Shown here one piece after another: positions 1 to 11,100 of a DNA stretch of 64,000 nt. Each line of letters opens with the position of its first letter. Within the stretch, counting starts at the first letter, position 1. The position numbers and the translations under genes were made by a program. The DNA lies in the NCBI RefSeq assembly GCF_056746865.1, contig NZ_CM163382.1. One strand, given 5' to 3'. A model generated the notes under the pieces. It was not told the DNA's origin, did no database searches, and saw nothing but the letters and a program-made list of their open reading frames with translations.

Positions 1-233
1 GACCGGAAAATGCGCTGACCGGACATGAAAATGAGGTGGTATCAGCGCAGCCGGATACCATGATTGATACGGCTGCTCTGGTCACGGTCGTGGCACTGGT
101 GACGCTGCATACTGATGCACTTCACGCCACGCGGGATGAACCTGTGGCATTTGTGCTGCCGGGAACGGCGTTTCGTGTCTCTGCCGGTGTGGCAGCCGAA
201 ATGACAGAACGTGGCCTGGCCAGAATGCAATAA
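1..233 (+). CDS. Phage DNA-packaging protein FI-like, C-terminal part (partial, enters from upstream of window)
   Basis: Open frame 3 runs from the window edge to a stop at 231-233; it sits directly upstream of FII as in lambda gene order and the C-terminal residues match my recollection of lambda FI. Confidence 0.6.
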   Translation, partial: PENALTGHENEVVSAQPDTMIDTAALVTVVALVTLHTDALHATRDEPVAFVLPGTAFRVSAGVAAEMTERGLARMQ

Positions 234-244
234 CGGGAGGCGCT

Positions 245-598
245 GTGGCTGATTTCGATAACCTGTTCGATGCTGCCATTGCCCGCGCCGATGAAACGAT
301 ACGCGGGTACATGGGAACGTCAGCCACCATGACATCCGGTGAGCAGTCCGGCGCAGTAATACGTGGTGTTTTTGATGACCCTGAAAATATCAGCTATGCC
401 GGACAGGGCGTACGCGTTGAAGGCTCCAGCCCGTCCCTGTTTGTCCGGACTGATGATGTGCGGCAGCTGCGGCGCGGCGACACGCTGACCATCGGTGAGG
501 AAAACTTCTGGATAGACCGGATTTCGCCGGATGATGGTGGAAGCTGTCATCTCTGGCTTGGGCGGGGCGTACCGCCTGCCGTTAACCGTCGCCGCTGA
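245..598 (+). CDS. Head-tail joining protein FII (117 aa)
   Basis: 117-aa ORF whose sequence (MADFDNLFDAAIARADETIRG...) is near-identical to lambda FII as I recall it; correct position before Z. Confidence 0.85.
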   Translation: MADFDNLFDAAIARADETIRGYMGTSATMTSGEQSGAVIRGVFDDPENISYAGQGVRVEGSSPSLFVRTDDVRQLRRGDTLTIGEENFWIDRISPDDGGSCHLWLGRGVPPAVNRRR

Positions 599-609
599 AA
601 GGGGGATGT

Positions 610-1188
610 ATGGCCATAAAAGGTCTTGAGCAGGCCGTTGAAAACCTCAGCCGTATCAGCAAAACGGCGGTGCCTGGTGCCGCCGCAATGGCCATTAACC
701 GCGTTGCTTCATCCGCGATATCGCAGTCGGCGTCACAGGTTGCCCGTGAGACAATGGTACGCCGGAAACTGGTAAAGGAAAGGGCCAGGCTGAAAAGGGC
801 CACGGTCAAAAATCCGCAGGCCAGAATCAGGGTTAACCGGGGGGATTTGCCCGTAATAAAGCTGGGTAACGCGCGGATTGTCCTGTCCCGACGCAGGCGT
901 CGTAAAAAGGGGCAGCGTTCAGCCCTGAAAGGTGGCGGCAGCGTGCTTGTGGTGGGAAACCGTCGTATTCCCGGCGCGTTTATTCAGCAACTGAAAAATG
1001 GCCGGTGGCATGTCATGCAGCGTGTGGCCGGGAAAAACCGTTACCCCATTGATGTGGTGAAAATCCCGATGGCGGTGCCGCTTACCACGGCGTTTAAACA
1101 GAATATTGAACGGATACGGCGTGAACGTCTTCCGAAAGAGCTGGGCTATGCGCTGCAGCATCAACTGAGAATGGTAATAAAGCGATGA
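610..1188 (+). CDS. Tail completion protein Z (192 aa)
   Basis: 192-aa ORF, lambda Z-like sequence and length, gene order FII-Z-U. Confidence 0.85.
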   Translation: MAIKGLEQAVENLSRISKTAVPGAAAMAINRVASSAISQSASQVARETMVRRKLVKERARLKRATVKNPQARIRVNRGDLPVIKLGNARIVLSRRRRRKKGQRSALKGGGSVLVVGNRRIPGAFIQQLKNGRWHVMQRVAGKNRYPIDVVKIPMAVPLTTAFKQNIERIRRERLPKELGYALQHQLRMVIKR

Positions 1189-1580
1189 AACATACTGAAC
1201 TCCGTGCAGCCGTACTGGATGCACTGGAGAAGCATGACACCGGGGCGACGCTTTTTGATGGTCGCCCCGCTGTTTTTGATGAGGCGGATTTTCCGGCAAT
1301 TGCCGTTTATCTCATCGGCGCTGAATACACAGGCGAAGAGCTGGACAGTGATACCTGGCAGGCGGAGCTGCATATTGAAGTTTTCCTGCCTGCTCAGGTG
1401 CCGGATTCAGAGCTGGATTCGTGGATGGAGTCCCGGATTTATCCGGTGATGAGCGATGTCCCGGCACTGTCAGATTTGATCACCAGTATGGTGGCCAGTG
1501 GCTATGACTACCGGCGCGACGATGATGCGGGCCTGTGGAGTTCAGCCGATCTGACTTATGTCATTACCTATGAAATGTGA
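1185..1580 (+). CDS. Tail tube terminator protein U (131 aa)
   Basis: 131-aa ORF overlapping the Z stop (ATGA coupling); lambda U length and position. Confidence 0.85.
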   Translation: MKHTELRAAVLDALEKHDTGATLFDGRPAVFDEADFPAIAVYLIGAEYTGEELDSDTWQAELHIEVFLPAQVPDSELDSWMESRIYPVMSDVPALSDLITSMVASGYDYRRDDDAGLWSSADLTYVITYEM

Positions 1581-1587
1581 GGACGAT

Positions 1588-2328
1588 ATGCCTGTACCAA
1601 ATCCAGTAATGCCGGTGAAAGGGGCCGGGACCACACTGTGGGTTTATAAGGGGAGCGGTGACCCTTATGCGAACCCGCTTTCAGACGTTGACTGGTCGCG
1701 TCTGGCAAAAGTTAAAGACCTGACGCCCGGCGAACTGACCGCTGAGTCCTATGACGACAGCTATCTCGATGATGAAGATGCAGACTGGACTGCGACCGGG
1801 CAGGGGCAGAAATCTGCCGGAGATACCAGCTTCACGCTGGCTTGGATGCCCGGAGAGCAGGGGCAGCAGGCGCTGCTGGCGTGGTTTAATGAAGGTGATA
1901 CCCGTGCCTATAAAATCCGCTTCCCGAACGGCACGGTCGATGTGTTCCGTGGCTGGGTCAGCAGTATCGGTAAGGCGGTGACGGCGAAGGAAGTGATTAC
2001 CCGCACGGTGAAGGTCACCAATGTGGGACGTCCGTCGATGGCAGAAGATCGCAGCACGGTGACGGCGGCCACCGGCATGACGGTAACGCCAGCCAGTGCT
2101 TCCGTAGTGAAAGGGCAGAGCACCACGCTGACCGTGGCCTTCCAGCCGGAAGGGGCAACCGACAAGAGCTTCCGTGCGGTGTCTTCGGATAAAACAAAAG
2201 CCACCGTGTCGGTCAGTGGTATGACCATCACCGTGAACGGCGTTGCTGCAGGCAAGGTCAACATTCCGGTTGTATCTGGTAATGGTGAGTTTGCTGCGGT
2301 TGCAGAAATCACCGTCACCGCCAGTTAA
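1588..2328 (+). CDS. Major tail tube protein V (246 aa) with C-terminal Ig-like domain
   Basis: ORF track gives 1558..2328; I place the start at the internal ATG at 1588 ([22 protein letters not shown]...), which reproduces the lambda V N-terminus and 246-aa length. Confidence 0.85.
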   Translation: MPVPNPVMPVKGAGTTLWVYKGSGDPYANPLSDVDWSRLAKVKDLTPGELTAESYDDSYLDDEDADWTATGQGQKSAGDTSFTLAWMPGEQGQQALLAWFNEGDTRAYKIRFPNGTVDVFRGWVSSIGKAVTAKEVITRTVKVTNVGRPSMAEDRSTVTAATGMTVTPASASVVKGQSTTLTVAFQPEGATDKSFRAVSSDKTKATVSVSGMTITVNGVAAGKVNIPVVSGNGEFAAVAEITVTAS

Positions 2329-2343
2329 TCCGGAGAGTCAGCG

Positions 2344-2766
2344 ATGTTCCTGAAAACAGAATCATTTGAACATAACGGTGTGACCGTCACGCTTTCTGAA
2401 CTGTCAGCCCTGCAGCGTATTGAGCATCTCGCCCTGATGAAACGGCAGGCAGAACAGGCGGAGTCAGACAGCAACCGGAAGTTTACTGTGGAAGACGCCA
2501 TCAGAACCGGCGCGTTTCTGGTGGCGATGTCCCTGTGGCATAACCATCCGCAGAAGACAAAGCTGCCTTCCATGAATGAAGCCGTTAAACAGATTGAGCA
2601 GGAAGTGCTTACCACCTGGCCCACAGAGGCAATTTCTCATGCTGAAAACGTGGTGTACCGGCTGTCCGGTATGTCTGAGTTTGTGGTGAATGATGCTCCT
2701 GAACAGGCAGAGGACGCCGGGCCTGCAGAGCCTGTTTCTGCGGGAAAGTGTTCGACGGTGAGCTGA
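2344..2766 (+). CDS. Tail assembly chaperone G (140 aa)
   Basis: 140-aa ORF ending ...PVSAGKCSTVS; lambda G length and position; contains the slip site near its 3' end. Confidence 0.85.
   Translation: MFLKTESFEHNGVTVTLSELSALQRIEHLALMKRQAEQAESDSNRKFTVEDAIRTGAFLVAMSLWHNHPQKTKLPSMNEAVKQIEQEVLTTWPTEAISHAENVVYRLSGMSEFVVNDAPEQAEDAGPAEPVSAGKCSTVS
2742..2748 (+). promoter_or_regulatory. Programmed -1 ribosomal frameshift slippery heptamer G GGA AAG (G to G-T)
   Basis: Heptamer GGGAAAG lies in the G zero frame as G-GGA-AAG at 2742-2748, exactly where the T frame opens; same slip sequence as lambda G-T. Confidence 0.65.
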
Positions 2767-3182
2767 GTTTTGCCCTGAAACTGGCGCGTGAGATGGGGCG
2801 ACCCGACTGGCGCGCCATGCTTGCCGGGATGTCATCCACGGAGTATGCCGACTGGCACCGCTTTTACAGTACCCATTATTTTCATGATGTTCTGCTGGAT
2901 ATGCACTTTTCCGGGCTGACGTACACCGTGCTCAGCCTGTTTTTCAGCGATCCGGAGATGCATCCGCTGGATTTCAGTCTGCTGAACCGGCGCGAGGCTG
3001 ACGAAGAGCCTGAAGATGATGTGCTGATGCAGAAAGCGGCAGGGCTTGCCGGAGGCGTTCGTTTTGGCCTGGACGGGAATGAAGTTATCCCCGCTTCCCC
3101 GGATGTGGCGGACATGACGGAGGATGACGTAATGCTGATGACAGTATCAGAAGGGATCGCAGGAGGAGTCCGGTATGGCTGA
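2748..3182 (+). CDS. Tail assembly protein T, expressed as a G-T fusion by -1 frameshift
   Basis: 144-aa -1 frame ORF overlapping the 3' end of G with no independent ATG start; matches the lambda G/GT arrangement. Confidence 0.8.
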   Translation: MFDGELSFALKLAREMGRPDWRAMLAGMSSTEYADWHRFYSTHYFHDVLLDMHFSGLTYTVLSLFFSDPEMHPLDFSLLNRREADEEPEDDVLMQKAAGLAGGVRFGLDGNEVIPASPDVADMTEDDVMLMTVSEGIAGGVRYG

Positions 3183-5730
3183 ACCGGTAGGCGATCTGGT
3201 CGTTGATTTAAGTCTGGATGCGGCCAGATTTGACGAGCAGATGGCCAGAGTCAGGCGTCATTTTTCCGGTACGGAAAGTGATGCGAAAAAAACAGCGGCA
3301 GTCGTTGAACAGTCGATGAACCGGCAGGCGCTGGCTGCACAGAAAGCGGGAATTTCCGTCGGGCAGTATAAAGCCGCCATGCGTATGCTGCCTGCGCAGT
3401 TCACTGACGTGGCCACGCAGCTTGCAGGCGGGCAAAGTCCGTGGCTGATCCTGCTGCAACAGGGGGGGCAGGTGAAGGACTCCTTCGGCGGGATGATCCC
3501 CATGTTCCGGGGGCTTGCCGGTGCGATCACCCTGCCGATGGTGGGGGCCACCTCGCTGGCGGTGGCGACCGGAGCGCTGGCGTATGCCTGGTATCAGGGC
3601 AACTCAACCCTGTCCGATTTCAACAAAACGCTGGTCCTTTCCGGCAATCAGGCGGGACTGACGGCAGATCGTATGCTGGTCCTGTCCAGAGCCGGGCAGG
3701 CGGCAGGGCTGACGTTTAACCAGACCAGCGAGTCACTCAGCGCACTGGTTAAGGCGGGGGTAAGCGGTGAGGCTCAGATTGCGTCCATCAGCCAGAGTGT
3801 GGCGCGTTTCTCCTCTGCATCCGGCGTGGAGGTGGACAAGGTCGCTGAAGCCTTCGGGAAGCTGACCACAGACCCGACGTCGGGGCTGACGGCGATGGCA
3901 CGCCAGTTCCATAACGTGACGGCGGAGCAGATTGCGTATGTTGCTCAGTTGCAGCGTTCCGGCGATGAAGCCGGGGCATTGCAGGCGGCGAACGAGGCCG
4001 CAACGAAAGGGTTTGATGACCAGACCCGACGCCTGAAAGAGAACATGGGCACGCTGGAAACCTGGGCAGACAGGACAGCACGGGCATTCAAATCCATGTG
4101 GGATGCGGTGCTGGATATTGGTCGTCCTGATACCGCTCAGGAGATGCTGATTAAGGCAGAGGCTGCGTTTAAGAAAGCAGACGACATCTGGAATCTGCGC
4201 AAGGATGATTATTTTGTTAACGATGAAGCGCGGGCACGTTACTGGGATGATCGTGAAAAGGCCCGTCTTGCGCTTGAAGCCGCCCGAAAGAAGGCTGAGC
4301 AGCAGAGTCAACAGGACAAAAATGCGCAGCAGCAGAGCGATACCGAAGCGTCACGGCTGAAATATACCGAAGAGGCGCAGAAGGCTTACGAACGGCTGCA
4401 GACGCCGCTGGAGAAATATACCGCCCGTCAGGAAGAACTGAACAAGGCACTGAAGGACGGGAAAATTCTGCAGGCAGATTACAACACGCTGATGGCGGCG
4501 GCGAAAAAGGACTATGAAGCGACGCTGAAAAAGCCGAAAGGCGTGAAGGTGTCTGCGGGCGATCGTCAGGAAGACAGTGCTCATGCTGCCCTGCTGACGC
4601 TTCAGGCAGAACTCCGGACGCTGGAGAAGCATGCCGGAGCGAATGAGAAAATCAGCCAGCAGCGCCGGGATTTGTGGAAGGCAGAAAGTCAGTTCGCGGT
4701 ACTGGAGGAGGCGGCACAACGTCGCCAGCTGTCCGCACAGGAGAAATCCCTGCTGGCGCATAAAGACGAGACGCTGGAGTACAAACGCCAGCTGGCTGTA
4801 CTTGGCGACAAGGTCACCTATCAGGAGCACCTGAACGCGCTGGCGCAGCAGGCGGATAAGTTCGCACAGCAACAACGGGCAAAACGGGCCGCCATTGATG
4901 CAAAAAAACGGGGGCTGACTGACCGGCAGGCAGCGCGGGAAGCCACGGAACAGCGCCTGAAGGAACAGTATGGCGATAATCCGCTGGCGCTGAATAACGT
5001 CATGTCAGAGCAGAAAAAGACCTGGGCGGCTGAAGACCAGCTTCGCGGGAGCTGGATGGCAGGCCTGAAGTCCGGCTGGAGTGAGTGGGAAGAGAGCGCC
5101 ACGGACAGTATGTCGCAGGTTAAAAGTGCTGCCACGCAGACCTTTGATGGTATTGCACAGAATATGGCGGCGATGCTGACCGGCAGTGAGCAGAACTGGC
5201 GCAGCTTCACCCGTTCCGTGCTGTCCATGATGACAGAAATTCTGCTTAAGCAGGCAATGGTGGGGATTGTCGGGAGTATCGGCAGCGCCATTGGCGGGGC
5301 TGTTGGTGGCGGCGCGTCCGCGTCAGGCGGTACAGCCATTCAGGCCGCTGCGGCGAAATTCCATTTTGCAACCGGAGGATTTACGGGAACCGGCGGCAAA
5401 TATGAGCCAGCGGGGATTGTTCACCGCGGTGAATTTGTCTTCACGAAGGAGGCAACCAGCCGGATTGGCGTGGGGAATCTCTACCGGCTGATGCGCGGCT
5501 ATGCCACCGGTGGTTATGTCGGTACACCGGGCAGCATGGCGGACAGCCGGTCGCAGGCGTCCGGGAAGTTTGAGCAGAATAACCATGTGGTGATTAACAA
5601 CGACGGCACGAACGGTCAGATAGGGCCACAGGCGCTGAAGGCGGTTTATGACGTAGCCCGTAAGGCGGCAATGGATGTTGTGACCGGGCAGATGCGTGAT
5701 GGTGGTCTGTTCTCCGGAGGTGGACGATGA
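3175..5730 (+). CDS. Tail tape measure protein H (851 aa)
   Basis: 851-aa ORF, coiled-coil-rich, with a C-terminal glycine-rich segment; lambda H-like size and position after G-T. Confidence 0.9.
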   Translation: MAEPVGDLVVDLSLDAARFDEQMARVRRHFSGTESDAKKTAAVVEQSMNRQALAAQKAGISVGQYKAAMRMLPAQFTDVATQLAGGQSPWLILLQQGGQVKDSFGGMIPMFRGLAGAITLPMVGATSLAVATGALAYAWYQGNSTLSDFNKTLVLSGNQAGLTADRMLVLSRAGQAAGLTFNQTSESLSALVKAGVSGEAQIASISQSVARFSSASGVEVDKVAEAFGKLTTDPTSGLTAMARQFHNVTAEQIAYVAQLQRSGDEAGALQAANEAATKGFDDQTRRLKENMGTLETWADRTARAFKSMWDAVLDIGRPDTAQEMLIKAEAAFKKADDIWNLRKDDYFVNDEARARYWDDREKARLALEAARKKAEQQSQQDKNAQQQSDTEASRLKYTEEAQKAYERLQTPLEKYTARQEELNKALKDGKILQADYNTLMAAAKKDYEATLKKPKGVKVSAGDRQEDSAHAALLTLQAELRTLEKHAGANEKISQQRRDLWKAESQFAVLEEAAQRRQLSAQEKSLLAHKDETLEYKRQLAVLGDKVTYQEHLNALAQQADKFAQQQRAKRAAIDAKKRGLTDRQAAREATEQRLKEQYGDNPLALNNVMSEQKKTWAAEDQLRGSWMAGLKSGWSEWEESATDSMSQVKSAATQTFDGIAQNMAAMLTGSEQNWRSFTRSVLSMMTEILLKQAMVGIVGSIGSAIGGAVGGGASASGGTAIQAAAAKFHFATGGFTGTGGKYEPAGIVHRGEFVFTKEATSRIGVGNLYRLMRGYATGGYVGTPGSMADSRSQASGKFEQNNHVVINNDGTNGQIGPQALKAVYDVARKAAMDVVTGQMRDGGLFSGGGR

Positions 5731-6056
5731 AAACCTTCCGCTGGAAAGTGAAACCGGGTATGGATGTGGCTTCGACTCCTTCCGTCAGGGAGGTGCGCTT
5801 TGGTGATGGTTACTCCCAGCGCGCGCCTGCCGGGCTGAATGCCAACCTGAAAACGTACAGCGTGACGCTTTCTGTCCCCCGTTGGGAGGCCACGGCGCTG
5901 GAATCGTTTCTGGCAGAGCACGGAGGCTGGAAAGCCTTTCTGTGGACGCCGCCTTATGACTGGCGGCAGATAAAGGTGATCTGCGCAAAATGGACGTCGC
6001 GGGTCAGTATGCTGCGTGTTGAGTTCAGCGCAGAGTTTAAACAGGTGGTGAACTGA
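5727..6056 (+). CDS. Tail tip protein M (109 aa)
   Basis: 109-aa ORF overlapping the H stop; lambda M length and order. Confidence 0.85.
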   Translation: MKTFRWKVKPGMDVASTPSVREVRFGDGYSQRAPAGLNANLKTYSVTLSVPRWEATALESFLAEHGGWKAFLWTPPYDWRQIKVICAKWTSRVSMLRVEFSAEFKQVVN

Positions 6057-6754
6057 TGCAGGATATCCGGCAGGAAACACTGAATGAATGCACCCGTGCG
6101 GAGCAGTCGGCCAGCGTGGTGCTCTGGGAAATCGATCTGACAGAGGTCGGTGGTGAACGTTATTTTTTCTGTAATGAGCAGAACGAAAAAGGTGAGCCGG
6201 TTACCTGGCAGGGGCGGCAGTATCTGGCGTATCCCATTCAGGGGAGTGGTTTTGAACTGAATGGCAAAGGCACCAGTACGCGCCCCACGCTGGCAGTCTC
6301 TAACCTGTACGGTATGGTCACCGGGATGGCGGAAGATCTGCAGAGTCTGGTCGGCGGAACGGTGGTCAGGCGTAAGGTTTACGCCCGTTTTCTGGATGCG
6401 GTGAACTTCGTCAACGGAAACAGTGACGCCGATCCGGAGCAGGAGGTGATCAGCCGCTGGCGCATCGAGCAGTGCAGCGAACTGAGCGCGGTCAGTGCCT
6501 CCTTTGTGTTGTCCACACCAACGGAAACGGATGGTGCTGTTTTTCCGGGGCGCATCATGCTGGCCAACACCTGCACCTGGACCTATCGCGGTGATGAGTG
6601 CGGTTATAACGGTCCGGCTGTCGCGGATGAATATGACCAGCCGACGTCCGATATCACGAAGGATAAATGCAGCAAATGCCTGAGCGGCTGTAAGTTTCGC
6701 AATAACGTCGGCAACTTTGGCGGCTTCCTTTCCATTAACAAACTTTCGCAGTAA
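6056..6754 (+). CDS. Tail tip protein L (232 aa)
   Basis: 232-aa ORF; C-terminal cysteine cluster (CTWTYRGDECGY...CSKCLSGCKF) typical of lambda L. Confidence 0.85.
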   Translation: MQDIRQETLNECTRAEQSASVVLWEIDLTEVGGERYFFCNEQNEKGEPVTWQGRQYLAYPIQGSGFELNGKGTSTRPTLAVSNLYGMVTGMAEDLQSLVGGTVVRRKVYARFLDAVNFVNGNSDADPEQEVISRWRIEQCSELSAVSASFVLSTPTETDGAVFPGRIMLANTCTWTYRGDECGYNGPAVADEYDQPTSDITKDKCSKCLSGCKFRNNVGNFGGFLSINKLSQ

Positions 6755-6759
6755 ATCCC

Positions 6760-7503
6760 ATGACACAGACAGAATCAGCGATTCTGGCGCACGCCCGGCG
6801 ATGTGCGCCAGCGGAGTCGTGCGGCTTCGTGGTAAGCACGCCGGAGGGGGAAAGATATTTTCCCTGCGTGAATATCTCCGGTGAGCCGGAGGCGTATTTC
6901 CGTATGTCGCCGGAAGACTGGCTGCAGGCAGAAATGCAGGGTGAGATTGTGGCGCTGGTCCACAGCCACCCCGGTGGTCTGCCCTGGCTGAGTGAGGCCG
7001 ACCGGCGGCTGCAGGTGCAGAGTGATTTGCCGTGGTGGCTGGTCTGCCGGGGGACGATTCATAAGTTCCGCTGTGTGCCGCATCTCACCGGGCGGCGCTT
7101 TGAGCACGGTGTGACGGACTGTTACACACTGTTCCGGGATGCTTATCATCTGGCGGGGATTGAGATGCCGGACTTTTATCGTGAGGATGACTGGTGGCGT
7201 AACGGCCAGAATCTCTATCTGGATAATCTGGAGGCGACGGGGCTGTATCAGGTGCCGTTGTCAGCGGCACAGCCGGGCGATGTGCTGCTGTGCTGTTTTG
7301 GTTCATCAGTGCCGAATCACGCCGCAATTTACTGCGGCGACGGCGAGCTGCTGCACCATATTCCTGAACAACTGAGCAAACGAGAGAGGTACACCGACAA
7401 ATGGCAGCGACGCACACACTCCCTCTGGCGTCACCGGGCATGGCGCGCATCTGCCTTTACGGGGATTTACAACGATTTGGTCGCCGCATCGACCTTCGTG
7501 TGA
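6760..7503 (+). CDS. Tail tip assembly protein K (JAB/MPN HSHPGG motif plus NlpC/P60-like region)
   Basis: 247-aa ORF containing HSHPGG; overlaps I by 103 nt as lambda K/I do. An alternative shorter start at the ATG at 6904 would give 199 aa. Confidence 0.75.
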   Translation: MTQTESAILAHARRCAPAESCGFVVSTPEGERYFPCVNISGEPEAYFRMSPEDWLQAEMQGEIVALVHSHPGGLPWLSEADRRLQVQSDLPWWLVCRGTIHKFRCVPHLTGRRFEHGVTDCYTLFRDAYHLAGIEMPDFYREDDWWRNGQNLYLDNLEATGLYQVPLSAAQPGDVLLCCFGSSVPNHAAIYCGDGELLHHIPEQLSKRERYTDKWQRRTHSLWRHRAWRASAFTGIYNDLVAASTFV

Positions 7504-8072
7504 AAACGGGGGCTGAAGCCATCCGGGCACTGGCCACACAGCTCCCGGCGTTTCGTCAGAAACTGAGCGACGGCTGGTATCAGGTACGGATTGCCGGGCG
7601 GGACGTCAGCACGTCCGGGTTAACGGCGCAGTTACATGAGACTCTGCCTGATGGCGCTGTGATTCATATTGTTCCCAGAGTCGCCGGGGCCAAGTCAGGT
7701 GGCGTATTCCAGATTGTCCTGGGGGCTGCCGCCATTGCCGGATCATTCTTTACCGCCGGAGCCACCCTTGCAGCATGGGGGGCAGCCATTGGGGCCGGTG
7801 GTATGACCGGCATCCTGTTTTCTCTCGGTGCCAGTATGGTGCTCGGTGGTGTGGCGCAGATGCTGGCACCGAAAGCCAGAACTCCCCGTACACAGACAAC
7901 GGATAACGGTAAGCAGAACACCTATTTCTCCTCACTGGATAACATGGTTGCCCAGGGCAATGTTCTGCCGGTTCTGTACGGTGAAATGCGCGTGGGGTCG
8001 CGGGTGGTCTCTCAGGAGATCAGCACGGCAGACGAAGGGGATGGTGGTCAGGTTGTGGTGATTGGTCGCTGA
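7401..8072 (+). CDS. Tail assembly protein I (223 aa)
   Basis: 223-aa ORF with ubiquitin-like N-terminus and glycine/alanine-rich hydrophobic middle; lambda I length and position. Confidence 0.8.
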   Translation: MAATHTLPLASPGMARICLYGDLQRFGRRIDLRVKTGAEAIRALATQLPAFRQKLSDGWYQVRIAGRDVSTSGLTAQLHETLPDGAVIHIVPRVAGAKSGGVFQIVLGAAAIAGSFFTAGATLAAWGAAIGAGGMTGILFSLGASMVLGGVAQMLAPKARTPRTQTTDNGKQNTYFSSLDNMVAQGNVLPVLYGEMRVGSRVVSQEISTADEGDGGQVVVIGR

Positions 8073-8091
8073 TGAAAAACGTTTATGTGAA

Positions 8092-8112
8092 ACCGCCTCC
8101 GGGCGGTTTTGT
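8092..8112 (+). other. Short GC hairpin between I and J (aaccgcctccgggcggtttt)
   Basis: Inverted repeat ACCGCC/GGCGGT followed by a T-run in the I-J intergenic gap; could be a weak attenuator or mRNA-stabilising structure. Confidence 0.35.
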
Positions 8113-8131
8113 CGTTTATGGAGCGTGAGGA

Positions 8132-11100
8132 ATGGGTAAAGGCAGCAGTAAGGGGCATACTCCGCGCGAAGCGAAGGACAACCTGAAGTCCACGCAGTTG
8201 CTGAGTGTGATCGATGCCATCAGCGAAGGGCCGGTTGAAGGTCCGGTGGATGGATTAAAAAGCGTGCTGCTGAACAGTACGCCAGTGCTGGACAGTGAGG
8301 GGAATACCAATATCTCCGGCGTCACGGTGGTGTTCCGGGCCGGTGAGCAGGAGCAGACACCGCCGGAGGGATTTGAATCCTCCGGCTCCGAGACGGTGCT
8401 GGGTACGGAAGTGAAATACGACACGCCGATCACCCGGACCATCACGTCGGCAAACATTGACCGACTGCGTTTTACCTTCGGCGTGCAGGCACTGGTGGAA
8501 ACCACCTCAAAGGGGGACAGGAATCCGTCGGAAGTCCGCCTGCTGGTTCAGATCCAGCGTAATGGTGGCTGGGTGACGGAAAAAGACATCACCATTAAGG
8601 GCAAAACCACCTCGCAGTATCTGGCCTCGGTGGTGGTGGGTAACCTGCCGCCGCGCCCGTTCAATATCCGGATGCGCAGGATGACGCCGGACAGCACCAC
8701 AGACCAGCTGCAGAACAAAACGCTCTGGTCGTCATACACCGAAATCATCGATGTGAAACAGGGCTACCCGAACACGGCACTGGTCGGCGTGCAGGTGGAT
8801 TCGGAGCAGTTCGGCAGCCAGCAGGTGAGCCGTAATTATCATCTGCGCGGGCGCATTCTGCAGGTGCCGTCGAACTATAACCCGCAGACGCGGCAATACA
8901 GCGGTATCTGGGACGGAACGTTTAAACCGGCATACAGCAACAACATGGCCTGGTGTCTGTGGGATATGCTGACCCATCCGCGCTACGGCATGGGGAAACG
9001 TCTTGGTGCGGCGGATGTGGATAAATGGGCGCTGTATGTCATCGGCCAGTACTGCGACCAGTCAGTGCCGGACGGCTTTGGCGGCACGGAGCCGCGCATC
9101 ACCTGTAATGCGTACCTGACCACACAGCGCAAGGCGTGGGATGTGCTCAGTGATTTCTGCTCGGCGATGCGCTGTATGCCGGTATGGAACGGGCAGACGC
9201 TGACGTTCGTGCAGGACCGACCATCAGATAAGGTGTGGACCTATAACCGCAGTAATGTGGTGATGCCGGATGATGGCGCGCCGTTCCGCTACAGCTTCAG
9301 CGCCCTGAAGGACCGCCATAATGCCGTTGAGGTGAACTGGATTGACCCGAATAACGGCTGGGAGACGGCGACAGAGCTTGTGGAGGACACGCAGGCCATT
9401 GCCCGTTACGGTCGTAACGTCACGAAGATGGATGCCTTTGGCTGTACCAGCCGGGGGCAGGCACATCGCGCCGGGCTGTGGCTGATTAAAACAGAACTGC
9501 TGGAAACGCAGACCGTGGACTTCAGCGTGGGCGCAGAAGGGCTTCGCCATGTGCCGGGCGATGTCATTGAAATCTGTGATGATGACTATGCCGGTATCAG
9601 CATCGGCGGGCGCGTGCTGGCGGTAAACAGCCAGACCCGGACGCTGACGCTCGACCGTGAAATCACGCTGCCATCCTCCGGTACCACGCTGATAAGCCTG
9701 GTTGACGGAAGTGGCAATCCGGTCAGCGTGGAGGTTCAGTCCGTCACCGACGGCGTGAAGGTGAAAGTGAGCCGTGTTCCTGACGGCGTTGCTGAATACA
9801 GCGTGTGGGGGCTGAAGCTGCCGACGCTGCGCCAGCGCCTGTTCCGCTGCGTGAGTATCCGTGAGAACGACGACGGCACGTATGCCATCACCGCCGTGCA
9901 GCATGTACCGGAAAAAGAAGCCATCGTGGATAACGGGGCGCACTTTGACGGCGACCAGAGCGGCACGGTGAATGGTGTCACGCCGCCAGCGGTGCAGCAC
10001 CTGACTGCCGAAGTCACCGCAGACAGCGGGGAATATCAGGTGCTGGCGCGCTGGGACACGCCGAAGGTGGTGAAGGGTGTGAGCTTTATGCTTCGCCTGA
10101 CCGTAACAGCGGATGACGGCAGTGAGCGGCTGGTCAGCACGGCCCGGACGATGGAAACCACTTACCGCTTCACACAACTGGCGCTGGGGAACTACAGGCT
10201 GACAGTCCGGGCAGTAAATGCGTGGGGGCAGCAGGGCGATCCGGCGTCGGTATCGTTCCGGATTGCCGCACCGGCAGCGCCGTCGCGGATTGAGCTGACG
10301 CCGGGCTATTTTCAGATAACCGCCACGCCGCATCTTGCGGTTTATGATCCGACGGTACAGTTTGAGTTCTGGTTCTCGGAAAAGCGGATTGCGGATATCA
10401 GGCAGGTTGAAACCACAGCACGCTATCTTGGCACGGCGCTGTACTGGATAGCCGCCAGTATCAATATCAAACCGGGCCATGATTATTACTTTTATATCCG
10501 CAGTGTGAACACCGTTGGCAAATCGGCATTCGTGGAGGCTGTCGGTCAGCCGAGTGATGATGCATCAGGCTATCTGGATTTTTTCAAAGGAGAAATCGGG
10601 AAAACACATCTGGCCCAGGAGCTGTGGACGCAGATTGATAACGGTCAGCTTGCGCCTGACCTGGCTGAAATCAGGACGTCCATTACGGATGTCAGCAATG
10701 AAATCACACAGACCGTCAATAAGAAACTGGAAGACCAGAGTGCAGCGATCCAGCAGATACAGAAAGTTCAGGTTGATACAAATAATAACCTGAACAGCAT
10801 GTGGGCTGTGAAGCTGCAGCAGATGCAGGACGGACGCCTTTATATTGCGGGTATCGGTGCCGGTATTGAGAACACCCCTGACGGCATGCAGAGTCAGGTG
10901 CTGCTGGCGGCAGACAGGATTGCGATGATTAATCCTGCGAATGGCAACACAAAACCGATGTTTGTTGGTCAGGGCGATCAGATATTCATGAACGACGTGT
11001 TCCTGAAACGCCTGACGGCCCCCACCATTACCAGCGGTGGAAATCCACCGGCATTTTCCCTGACACCGGACGGAAAGCTGACCGCTAAAAATGCGGATAT

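Noticed and set aside
1558-1587. Upstream extension of V (ORF track start 1558)
   Set aside because: It would overlap U by 23 nt and add residues absent from lambda V; the ATG at 1588 reproduces the known N-terminus.
3733-4875. Several 170-190-aa minus-strand ORFs inside the tape-measure gene H
   Set aside because: Antisense to H; the H frame is continuous and homologous to lambda H.
9224-10480. 418-aa minus-strand ORF inside J
   Set aside because: Antisense to a strongly supported, lambda-homologous J coding region; typical GC-rich antisense open frame.
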